From Camelus ferus (taxonomy: Eukaryota), in the NCBI RefSeq assembly GCF_009834535.1, contig NC_045697.1, positions 25,422,001-25,486,000 on the forward strand: DNA of 64,000 bases, in the 5' to 3' direction. The notes under the pieces were generated by a model. That model was not told the DNA's origin. It ran no database searches and worked only from the letters and a program-made list of their open reading frames with translations. Of this stretch, positions 40,077-51,808 are shown piece by piece. A program made the translations under genes and the position numbers. Numbering within the stretch: position 1 is the first letter of the stretch; the number at the start of each line of letters is the position of its first letter.

Positions 40077-41284
40077 GTTCTGGTTGTTGTTGTGTGTTCT
40101 TTTTATTTAAGTATACTCAGTTGCAGTGTGTCAATTTCTGGTGTACAGCATAATGTTTCAGTCATACATGTACATACATATATTCATTTTCACATTATTT
40201 TTCAGTATAGATTACTGTAAGATATTGAATATAATTCCTTGTGCTATATACAGAAGAAATTCGTTTTTTTAATCTATTTTATATATAGTAGTTAATATTA
40301 GCAGTTTTAAAACTTCCAGTTTATCCCTTCCCACCCTGTTTTCCCCCAGTAACCATAGGTTTGTTTACTATGTCTGAGTCTGTTTCTGTTTTGTAGGTAA
40401 GTTTGTTGGTGTCTTCTTTTTTTTTTTTTTTTAAGATTCCACATATGAGTGATATCATATGGTATCTTTTCTTTCTCTTTCTGGCTTACTTAGAATGACA
40501 ATCTCCAGTTCCATCCATGTTGCTACAAATGACAGTATTTCATTCTTTTTTATGGCAGAGTTGTATTCCTTTATATAAATGTACCACAGTTTCTTTAATC
40601 CAGTTCTCTGTTGATGGGCATTTAAGCTGTTTTCATGTCTTGGCTACTGTATATAGTGCTTCTGTGAACATTGGGGTGCATGTATCTTTTCAAATTAGAG
40701 TTCCCTCCAGATATACACCAGGAGTGGGATTGCTGAAATCATATGGTAAGTCTATAGTTTTTTGAGGAATTTCCATACTATTTTCCATAATGGCTGCACC
40801 AAACTGCATTCCCACCAACAATGTAGGAGGATTCCTTTTTCTTCACACCCTCTCCAGCAATTATCATTTGTGGACTTTTTAATTATGCCCATTCTGACTG
40901 CTGTTAGGTGATACCTCATTGTGGTTCTGATATGCATTTCTCTGATAATTAGCGATATTGAGCATTTTTTCGTGTGCCTATTGGCCACTTATATGTCTTC
41001 ACTGGAGAATTGCTTGTTTAGGTCTTCCACCTATTTTGGGGGTTTTTTTTTAATTAAGTTTTATGAGCTGTTAATATATTCTGGAAATTAAATCTTTGTC
41101 AGTCACATCATTTGCAAATATTTTCTCCCATTCCTTAGGTTGTTGTTTTGTTTTGCTTATGGTTTCCTTTGCTGTGCAAAGCTTATAAGTTTAATTAGAT
41201 CCCATTTGTTAATTTTTGCTCTTATTTCTATTGCCTGAGTAGACTGCCCTAGGAGAACATTGCTAATATTTATGTCCAAAAATG
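40077..41284 (-). mobile_element. 5'-truncated lineage-specific L1
   Basis: Minus ORF 40752-40988 ([29 protein letters not shown]...[18 protein letters not shown]) is the ORF2 C-terminal Cys-rich region; perfect 16-bp TSD cattaaaacaaatttt 40061-40076 / 41285-41300. Confidence 0.95.
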
Positions 41285-41884
41285 CATTAAAACAAATTTT
41301 AATGAAGAACCTGTGTCTTCTTTTGGTCAACATTGTGACTTCCTGTGGTTCTACTTAGGTAAAAGACTTCATTAATAGGTTTCTCCAAACCTATTTCTGT
41401 TGTTCCATCTTCTATAACTTCAGAATTTGCTAATTTTGGGTTATGATTTTTTTCTGCATGGGGATTTTGATTTTTTCACCTTGTCTTTAGGGAGGAATCA
41501 CCTATTTAAGTACCTAGTGAAAAGCTATGGGGGGGGTCTGTTGACACAACACTTCATAGGGTTAGGACACATAAGCAGAGAGTAACTTTGTTTATATGTA
41601 AGCTAACTTATAAGAAGGCCAAGTTCTGAATTATTAAAGTCCATGTGATGCATTTAAGCTTCTGTATAATTACATCAAATTGAGTAGACTTGTTGGTATA
41701 ATGTCAAATTTTAGTCTCCCAGTTATTGGAATGTGCATTCTCACATTTACAAGTATTGGTGTAGTTTAAAGAACCGAAACTGTGAGGCTTCAATAGTGTC
41801 GCGCACTGCCGTGCTAGAGTTAATTGTATCCAGATTCCAGAAAAGAAAAGGTACTGGAATTGGGGTAGGGGGTGACTAGGAGAG

Positions 41885-42240
41885 AGGAAAAAGTGAAATA
41901 TATAAAAGAACAAGGAATAATAAAAAATATCCTGTAGAAGGCAAGTTATATGGTGAGAAGAGGATGGGTTCCAGGACACACATGGAGTAGATTTCTCCTG
42001 ACTGGTAGAGAGGCAGTTCTGCCACTGTAACAGGGGGGAAGGAGGAGGAGCTGCAGAGATGCTGGCGAGAGCTGCAGCAGCAGGGTGGGGTAGTTCCACT
42101 GGGTGGCTTGAAATCAGTCAGTGAAAGATGAGGCAAGGTCCTCCACTGAGAGTAGTGGGGCAGAGATGAGGTTTAGGGTTTCCATGAGAGGATGTGTAAG
42201 AAAATCCTTGTAGCAAAGAGCGACTGAATGAATTCAGTAA
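41885..42240 (-). mobile_element. L2 fragment, right part
   Basis: 'gaggatgggttccaggacacacatggag...cagttctgccactgtaacaggggggaagg' resembles antisense L2. Confidence 0.55.
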
Positions 42241-45200
42241 GAGAAAGGTACTCATATGGACAAGTGTAACTGGAAATTTCATTAAATATAGTGATGGGTT
42301 ACTATTAGGTTAGTAAAAAGATTACTATAGGGTTATTATAAAGATTAACTGTTTGGCCTGGCATATGGTAAATGCTGTTCTTATTAATATTATTGTATAA
42401 TAAGTTCCAGATTATAAAACATTTCTCAGTGGCATTAAGCTACTTTAATGCAAAAGAATAGTTGAGTTTATTTTGGGAAAAATAGCGGTGGTTTTAGGGA
42501 ATTTGCCTAAGAAGGAAGATGAGTCTGGATAACAATTCAAGCCAGGCAAAGAGAAAAACAAAAGCAAGAGTGTACGTATCACTCTGTCCATGATGATGGC
42601 TATAAACATACTTAGGTAGTGACAGGCATCTGGCTGAAAAGGAAAACTGTAAGTCATGTGCTAAAGTCATAATAAACCATGTAGTTTCCACAGGAAGTCA
42701 GTAGCTGGCAATACTGAAGCTGAATGTATAGTTTAATTACAGGAGCTTCAAAGGAGTGGAGAGTTTAATAAGCTGGAGGAGTAATAGCCATTAGGCAGAA
42801 GCATAAGTACTGTGACATAATAGCTCATTTGGATTGCAGGACCCATGAGAAGGAGGGAAAGGGGTTAGAAGGAGCACTTCATGTCTAACTATGGATAGTG
42901 TCATGTCATGTTTATCCCTTTAAGCAACAAACACGTTTAACCAATATGCTGATTAATGAACTAGTTGAAGGAATGATATGAAGGGTAGAAATGGCAAGTC
43001 ATCTGTCATGCTAATGGGCAAAGCAGGATAGAAAAATGGCCATATCAGGCATGAAGGAGATGTTCCATATTTTATGAGGCTACATAAAGGAAGATCTTGA
43101 GTCTCTTTGAGACTTAAGGACACAGTAGATGTCAGCCAAGCATAGACTTGAGGAATAATGTCTTAGGCAGAGAGAGATGGCCATGAACAGAACAGAATGC
43201 AACTTGTTGATAAAATCAAAAGACATTTTGAGCAAAGTGTTGTGAAGGAGAGGAATGAGTATTGGAAGATGAGGCTGGTGATGTGGGCAGGGGTGAAATG
43301 GCATAAAGTACTACAGGTTTGGTAAGAAGTTTGCTTTTAAACTAAAACCAATGAGAAGTGTATTATATCACACATGGAAGATATATGATGATCCTTCTGG
43401 TAAAACAACAACAAAAAAAATGTCACACTTGCTGTGTTATGGGGAATACCCTGGGTGCAGATGATGCAAACACATTATGGAAAAAGAGTGAGAGAAGAGG
43501 GAGAGAGCAAGAGAAGAGAATGAAGTGGCTCGTGTGTGTGCGTCTGTGTGCATATGTGTGTGGTGTGTAAATATGTATGAGCTCACACATGGGAAATCTC
43601 TCTGTCTCTTTCCATCTCTGTCTCTCTCTCTCTCATGCATACAATATAAGCAGCAAGGCGGTGATGAATTAGAAAGGGGAGCCTAGGTTTTAATGGATAA
43701 ATTAGATATTGCAGGTTTTACCTCTAACTGTAATTGCAAAAATATTATATTTATCCATAATAAGTAAAATAAAATTCAAATTAATAATCAATGAAAGAAT
43801 GTTTAAGTCTTTTTGAAAATATAAAGGGCAGCTCTACACACTTTGATACTAAAATCTAAGAAAAATTCCACCACAAGTAGGTGAAAAAATTGGCCATTTA
43901 TACGAAAGAGCTGAAAGTGAAGCAGCTGTTAAGCTAAACTTTATAGAGACGCTGGTCAGTTGCCATTGAAAAAATAAAGGATGTAACTTAGTCAAGAGGG
44001 GCCTTTGAAGAACACAGCTTTGTTAAAACATGATTGCTCTCCCGAACCTCTCTTTATTGGAAGGTTTTAATACATTTCTCTATACCTTTTAGTTCACTGA
44101 AATATTTTTTGACTAAAATGCCCATAGAGATAACTTTCTTCTTCTCACTTCAGCCCTGCCTCCATCATGAGGTACTTCACTTCCAAAATGCATTATGACA
44201 CTTGTGTCCCAGACTCACAGCCATATGTCTCACGCTTGACAGACCCTGCTCTCCATCTTTATTGTGACAACCGCTCTTTAAATCTCCTCAGGTGTACCTG
44301 TTACCCAACTTTTCAGTTTGATCTCACCCTGCATGCCAGATTTTATTCTGAACTTTTTCATCCAAATATATAAACATGGTTTTCACTGAATTGGTAGACA
44401 AATATGATTAAAACTATTTTTAGAGTGCCCAAACCACATCTTTCATTGTTTATGTTTTCCATTCAGATTATGAACTGATGCCAAGAATCAAAGATTTAGT
44501 TGATACGAATATTTTCAAAAAATGTCAACAATGTAAGATTCCAGCCTTCACCTACCTCAGTGTTTTTCTGTAAACTGGTCAGTCAGAATTCGAATAAAAG
44601 TAATTGATTTTCAAAGTTTGAGGTTATATTAATCATACTTTTTTTTGGTCACATTTCTTGCAAACATTCCCAGATATTTCAAGCAGTGAGACAGTATCTT
44701 CATGAACTGAGTATAAGAATCAATAGACCCCATCTTTTAAACTACACCACTTTTATGATTACTAACAGTCAGGGGGAAAAGAGTGTCAGATTACACTGCT
44801 ATCAATAATGCCAGTTTCAAACATTATATAAGCAAAAAAAATAAAAGTTGATGAAAAATCTTCTGTGTTCCCAAGAGGGAGTTTTAAAAGTTTAGAAATA
44901 ATCTTTGTGATGCATGTTGATGAGTCTGATCATTTAGACATTACAATAGAGGTTCCTGAAAATAAATGTACAAGATGTATCTATGCTTGAAAGACCCAAT
45001 CCATTTATAGACTGGAACAGTCCATTTACATTTTGTTTAAAAGGTGTGAAGGGGCAATTGAAACAAGTTACAATTGACAAGAGAATGGATTTATGGAGTA
45101 GTTCAGGTAGCGGGAGAAACAGGGCTTTGTCTCATTGGACCTAGTGTGAATCAATATTTTCAGAAACACTCTGATTTGAATTCTCATTAAGCTGTGTAAG

Positions 45201-48200
45201 ACATCAGACTTTCAACATAGTATGTATTCTAGAAATAAAGGCTATTAAGTTTTCAGCAGCCCTGGAAAGCCTATAATTTATATCTTAGATGATGAGTCTT
45301 CAGATGGCTTTAAAACTGATTACATTTACATTTTTGATTTAATCATTTCTGTTAGCATTACAAAATGATAGCACATTGTTACACACAAGCAAAGCTAATC
45401 TTTCTGACTTATGGAAAATAAAAATACTACTAGAAAATTTCCCTGGTTTATGTTCCCTTCTGTGCTACTGCAAAAACCTGATAGTTTATACTAATTATTT
45501 TGAAACTAGCATAATTTATTTTTCACTCTCAAATTCAGTGCAATGACCGTGAGCTTCAGAGTTCAGCCCCACTCTCATTATGAAACGTTACTTTGATCTA
45601 GCATTCAAAACTAGACGGAATTGATGGTTGTGAAAGTAATTTATCATTTTGTGAGTGTGGTAACTCAAGCCCAAACTCAAAATGGGCTCTGACTATGAGA
45701 TGCTGATTGTGTAGAACCAAAATAACAAATGTGTACTAAATTCCTATTAAAAGTATAGCTGGTCTACATATTTTGTGTATTTCCTAGAAAAGAAAATTCT
45801 ACATGTAAACTTTTCATTGTTTTTTGCTGCTTGAGATGAGAGTATAGTATGATTTTCAAGTTGAGACTACATAACTAAGACAGCACAGATGAGCTATCGT
45901 GATTTTAAAATGTTCATAGTCGTGATAAATATTTCAGTCATAGTTAGAAAATTTGCATTGTTGTGTTAATAAAATAATCTGGGTGAGTCAATACGGTAAC
46001 CTGAGTTTTCACTTAACCAATGACTATTTTAATATTAAAAAAATGTGTGATCCATCTTCACCCTTTTCTGAGGTGAGAAGAAACACAACCTACTTTTTAA
46101 TGTGGTATCACCAACACAGTTGATCATTGCTCTCCTAGAATCATTTCATTATGTTGGCCCACATGTGGTCAATGAATAAGAGGTGAAAAGTGTTCATATT
46201 TTATATGAACTAGGTTAACAATTTCTGTTTAAAATACTCCTAAGACTTCCTATCATAATTTGAAAAAAATATTTGATATAATTTTACCATCTCCTTTAAA
46301 GCAGAGGAGCTGCCCCCCAAGCAGAAAATGTAAATTTTATAGCTTATAACTACACAGCTAATAAACAGTGTACTGTAGTTTCTATCATCTTATTAGCTAC
46401 ATCTGTCACATTTCATGCACATAACTCTGCCTGTCCAGGTCAACTGGAGATTAAAATTTACCAGATTATGAGCATATACACTCTCTTATAATGAGTTATG
46501 GATTAACCGATCACTAAGTACAAATGTATCCATTTCAAACTGAATATACTCAGTTGAGGAGATACAGAGTAGATAGGAGGTCAGAGTTAGTGCCTCTGTT
46601 TCTCTTCTTTTAAGAACACATTTGGACTGGGAGTAAGGTGCTTCCCAACATAAATGAACTGTGTAATGAATTTCACCTGGACAGTTTTTTTTTTAAAATA
46701 AACATAGTATTTCATGTTTATAAACATTTTAATATTCATTTATAAATGAAAACAACTCGGGAAAAATGTTAGTCTCAGCAGAATGTATTTTTTTTTAAAG
46801 TAACCTGAATTTTTCGTGGTTGTCATGCTCATCTTGCTAATTTGTAAGTATAATAGAAGTAGTAACCCCATTTTGTAAAAAAAAAAAAAAAAAAAAAAAA
46901 GCAATAACTATAATTTTATACTCTCTGTTGAGCATAAATATAGTAAACTGAGTGCCATATGGCTCATTATAAAAGTTAGTATTTCCACTTGCTTTGTAAA
47001 TCTCTTCAATTTTATGGAGCATAGAAAGAAAACTAATTGCTAAGTGAGGTCATAGCATTCTCTCTCTGAAGCACTAAACATTCATAAGCTCACTATAAAT
47101 TTTTTCAGGAGAAAAGTAAATTATATTTGGAAATGAAAACTATTATGATGTAATTATTATGTATTTCCCCAGCCTTTTATGAGATGTATGTTTACTGGGC
47201 AACTATCGAGCACCTTTTTAGCCAAATAAGATGAATTTATGAAAAATACAATAATGAGCTTTTTTAGTAGTCCAATATAAATTAGTTTTCACATGAACAA
47301 GGACTTTCACAGAACCAGAATTAAACGCTTTAAAAAACTGATATAACATGACTTAGTTATGCAGGCGTTATATTTTGTCTTTTTATTAAATCAGCAATTA
47401 GTTTTAATCTTACAAATTATATTTCTTTTGCAAGATTATTTTTATTTGCTAATTTTATCAGTGTGCACAGATGCACTGTATAATGAAGAAAATAACTTCA
47501 CAAACAGTTTTGACTTACGACAGTAGAAACTGTTTCCATTGCTTGCAAACTATTATTAACGTGATTCTGGTTCTAGGTATAGTCATAATATTAAATCAAA
47601 ATATTTGAGGAAATGATTTCATGGTCTTTGTATTATTATTTTAAAGATAAATATATACTTAGGTAGTACATCATTAACGTACATCATGAACATAAATGAA
47701 AGTAAAAACCACATACACAGTAATATTAGGTTAATACTAGATTTTAGATTAACTAGTAGCATATATGGAAAATTAATTTTTTCTCTATATTATTTTAAAA
47801 TATGGCACTCAGATACAGTAATTCTCTTTTTGTTTTTTTTAGTTTACATAAACATTATTATGTTTTGCTTTTAATCATATTGTTGGTATAAAATATAAAC
47901 ATATACACAAAGATCTAAACAGTATAAAAATTACATAGAAGTAAAATTATACATCTTAAATACAAATGTTGTGATAACTTAGTCCTCAGTTTATAGTCAT
48001 CAACAAGATAATTGCTAAAAAACTTTCATTCATTCTATAAATTGATTTCTATTTCTAATTACAAAATACTGAATGTTTTCTGTACTAGTGTTTTCTGTGT
48101 TTTCTAGTGTTTTCTGTACTCTACTGTAAATACTATAATTAGCATTGGGATGATTTTTTTATATCAAATTCCATTATTTCTGAAGCTATACTATGTGAAT

Positions 48201-50542
48201 TATTATAAACAAGGAAAAGCTATGTGGTTGGTAGAGGGTGTAGACAAGGATGTTCTGATGCTGGTGCATTTGATGGTATTATTAATTATTCTGAGAGTTT
48301 CAGGAATAATAAATTCATTGTGAGCATGTCTTCCTTCAAACAAAAGTAAAGCATATCATGTCCCTCCTCATTCTTAGGATTAAACCATATGCATATATTT
48401 TCTAGTAATAGGTGTCTTCTTCAAAGTTTGCTCATAATATAAACTTTAACATTCCAAATTTCTCTTTTCCCATAAATTTTATTTGAGAATGAAAGTTTGT
48501 GGAAGAAGCATTTAGAAAGTAGTCATATATTATAGCAAGTACTGAAATGCAGTTTTTCAGCAGTGCTATATTTACAGATATGGCCACCCACTCAAACATG
48601 CATGCAATAACCAATAACTGAGTGTTTGCTGTATCCTGGAAAAAGACTCAGGATACACAATGGTCAACAGAGGACAGAAGAGGTTATGGTCCCTGCTTGT
48701 ATGAGGATTGCAATTCAGTGTAATCATCAAATAATCATACAAAGAAAAAAGAAATCAATCAATTCAATTGGTAAAACTGTCAGATTGGAAAGGTAAACAG
48801 CAAGAGAAGCTAAAAGCTAATATGAAAATTTGTGGTTGGAAGCCTGATTCAGACACTCCACATTTTATCTTCTCACTGTTTTGAATAGTCTACACTGTGT
48901 TGCTTGATTCATGATCTTAGCAGGACCTGTTTTCCAATCTGACATACTAATTTGCTTTAAAATGACAAAATATTTATACATGCATTGTCTCTTAAGTATC
49001 TCCCCTGTACTAAGAATTTCTGCATCATCACTGTGGAGCAATAAGAAAAATGTGTGGGTATAAGGACTATACATTTTAGACCACTTATAATTGCTCACAT
49101 TATATCCCTTTAGACCCATACCTTGAACTCCAAAAGGCACCAAAAATTGTTTTTTGACATTAAAATTATATTAAAATGCAGTTTATAAACCTAATGGAAA
49201 TGAGTTAGAATAGGATTTAGTAAGACAGAAATAATAAATTATTTATACTCTAGAATCATACCTCTTAGAACCCTGAAACCACCCCTAGGTGACTCATAGT
49301 ATCCTGAAAAAATGCATTTCTGCCAACTAATATAGATTTAAACTAGTTCATCATTTTGCTTACATGACATGTTTTAGTGCTTCTCTCTATACTGTTATCA
49401 GAAAAATCTGAAAATCATTTTTGTAAATTGCTATTGTTTTGACTTTGTGATTAAAAATTGGAACTAAATAAATGCTTCATTATTTGATAATCATATGGTA
49501 TATTTTAACTTTCCTTTGAAAGATGGATTAAATACTTAATAAAGTTAGAATATTATAGTGAGAATATAATGAATGACAAATGCTCAGTGTATAACAGAAA
49601 AAAATTTGGTAGTTTTAAATGTAATTTTTATTTTCCAAAAACCTAAAAATATAATTTAATAATTTAGTACATAATTTAGTCCTAGAAATTAGAACACTCA
49701 GAGATATGAAATCAGATCTTAATATTGTCTTCACAAGTTCCTATCCACATAGAATTTAAATATTTGCTACTTTTTATTCGTCTATAATGTACAAACCAAG
49801 TATATTTTCTAGAAACACAGGTTAAATATGTTTGTGGAACAAAATATTGAGTATTAATAAGTATGGCAAATTACAGGTTAATATTTTCACTTGTTTTGTG
49901 TAACTTTTTATATTTTAATGCAAAGTGTAAGACTTCAGTGCAAAGATTTTAGATGCTGGAAAATAACTTTAGTTAATGTAATTGATTTCATCACTTAAGA
50001 CTCACTTTGAAAAAATATGTCTGAATTAATGAAAATTACTTATTTATAATGTCTATAAATGTACACAATATTTTTAGAAAATAAATATAATATATATCAA
50101 AAACTCTTATGCTATTTATAACTCTACATTATAACTCTACATTATATACACTTATAGAGCTAGAACGATGTTTGAACATGCTTGTTCCACCAAAGCCTTG
50201 TTAAAAGAATTGGATAAATTGATATGAAATATCATATTTAATTTTCATTTCCTTTAACACACTTTAATATTTGATACCCCTAGTATCTATTCTCTGAATT
50301 TTGAATTTTCTACTAGTGTTTCACAGGTATTTATGGTGTATTATATGTGTTACGATAACTAGAATTATATATAGTATATTTAACACTTCAAAATTAAACA
50401 TATCAATATATTTTAATAATTACAGGTCTTAATTACTGACATAGTCTATATTTAGTTATTGTTATGCTTGAATTTTAACAAAAAATGCATCTGCATACAC
50501 AATTTATAATATGAACATATATTTGTTATGCTTGTCATATCA

Positions 50543-50694
50543 TTTGTAAACTTATCTTTTAGTTTTTTGGGGGGAGGGAGGAGGTAATTAGGCTTATTTA
50601 TTTACTTATTTTTAGAGGAGTGACTGGAGATGAACCCAGGGCCTCATGCATGCTAAGCATGCACTCTACCATTTGAGCTGCACTCTCCCCCTCA
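50543..50694 (-). mobile_element. tRNA-Ala-derived SINE (Vic-1-like, long form)
   Basis: 'tgaacccagggcctcatgcatgctaagcatgcactctacc'; 'gaggtaattagg' tail; perfect 15-bp TSD atgcttgtcatatca 50528-50542 / 50695-50709. Confidence 0.9.
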
Positions 50695-51141
50695 ATGCTT
50701 GTCATATCACTGGTAATGTGTACTCTTGTATCATACTTAGCATGTGTAATTTCGAATATGAGAAATGTTAAAATTTAAGTATTCCCAGATCATGATAAAA
50801 TCTTAATAATGGTTTGTATTTTTACAATATCTTCCAGCTTAAATTTTGATTAGAATTATATGATTTTATAATATAGTTAGAATCAACACAACTAATGAAA
50901 TTGGCATCCTGTATCTCTCAAGTGCAAAAAAAACAGAGACAACTTCAAAGCTTAAGAAGAAAGAATATAATATTATTATTTAAATGAAAGCTTTATATTG
51001 TTTATTTACAAATACAGAACTAAAATCATCATCAGAATCTTTAGGAATATTAATGTTCTATCCAGAAGCACTTCCATATAATCAAAGATTTATCTTGTAA
51101 ATGAAGATGAGCTAATATTTACAACATGCCATGAGAACCCA

Positions 51142-51808
51142 TTTTTTAAGCTTCATTGCAGTAAAATTGATATGCACAAAATTGCATACATTTAATGCAT
51201 ACATTTTGATGAGTGTGGCCATGTGCAGACACCCATGATACCATCACTGCAATCAAAATACTAAACATATCTATCACCTTCAAAAATTTCCTTGTGTGGT
51301 TTGCCTGTTTTTTTGTTTCTGTGTTAAAAACACAACATGAGATCTAACCTTTTAATGTACTTTGAAGTGCACAATGCAGTGCTGTGAACTGTCGGCACTA
51401 TGTTGTGCAGCAGATCTCTAAAACTCATTCATCTTGTAGAACAGAAACTTCATACCCTCTGAGCAACGATTCCCCTCTCCCTCCTCACCTAAACCCCTGG
51501 CATCCTCCGTTCTACTCTTTGCTTCTATGAGTGTGACTATTTTGATACCTTGTATAAGTGCAATTGTGCAGTGTTTGTCCTTCTGTGACCAGCTTATTTG
51601 ACTTAGCATGACCTCTGGGTTCGTCTATGTTGTCACAAATGGCAGAATTACCTCCTTTTTTAAGGTTGAATAATATTCTGTTGTATGTATACACCACATC
51701 TTTAACCATTCTTTTGGCAATAGACATTAGGGTTGTTTCCACATCTATGCTATCATGATAATGCTGCGACAAACATGGGTGCATATGTCTCTTTGAGCTC
51801 CTGATTTC
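51142..51808 (-). mobile_element. Old L1 3' end (L1MA/L1MB-like)
   Basis: 'ggcactatgttgtgcagcagatctcta', 'tctactctttgcttctatgag', 'cttatttgacttagcatga'; minus ORF MLSQISWSQKDKHC. Confidence 0.85.

Larger units (their letters stand above)
38343..41850 (+). pseudogene. EEF1A1: Processed pseudogene of eukaryotic elongation factor 1-alpha 1 (CDS remnant 38410-39798), split by L1 at 40077-41284
   Basis: MGKEKNHINTVIVGHVDSGRS (P-loop) at 38410; [17 protein letters not shown] and [10 protein letters not shown]...TKSAQKSQKA later; intronless including the exon1/2 junction; 5'TOP ctttttc at 38343; A1-type 3'UTR with ATTAAA at 40062; many frameshifts and stops (2-nt insertion near 38474, TGG>TAA near 39054). 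3' end approximate. Confidence 0.96.

Noticed and set aside
48074..50145. Short local tandem repeats (48074-48120, 49659-49680, 50117-50146)
   Set aside because: Ordinary slippage products in AT-rich DNA.
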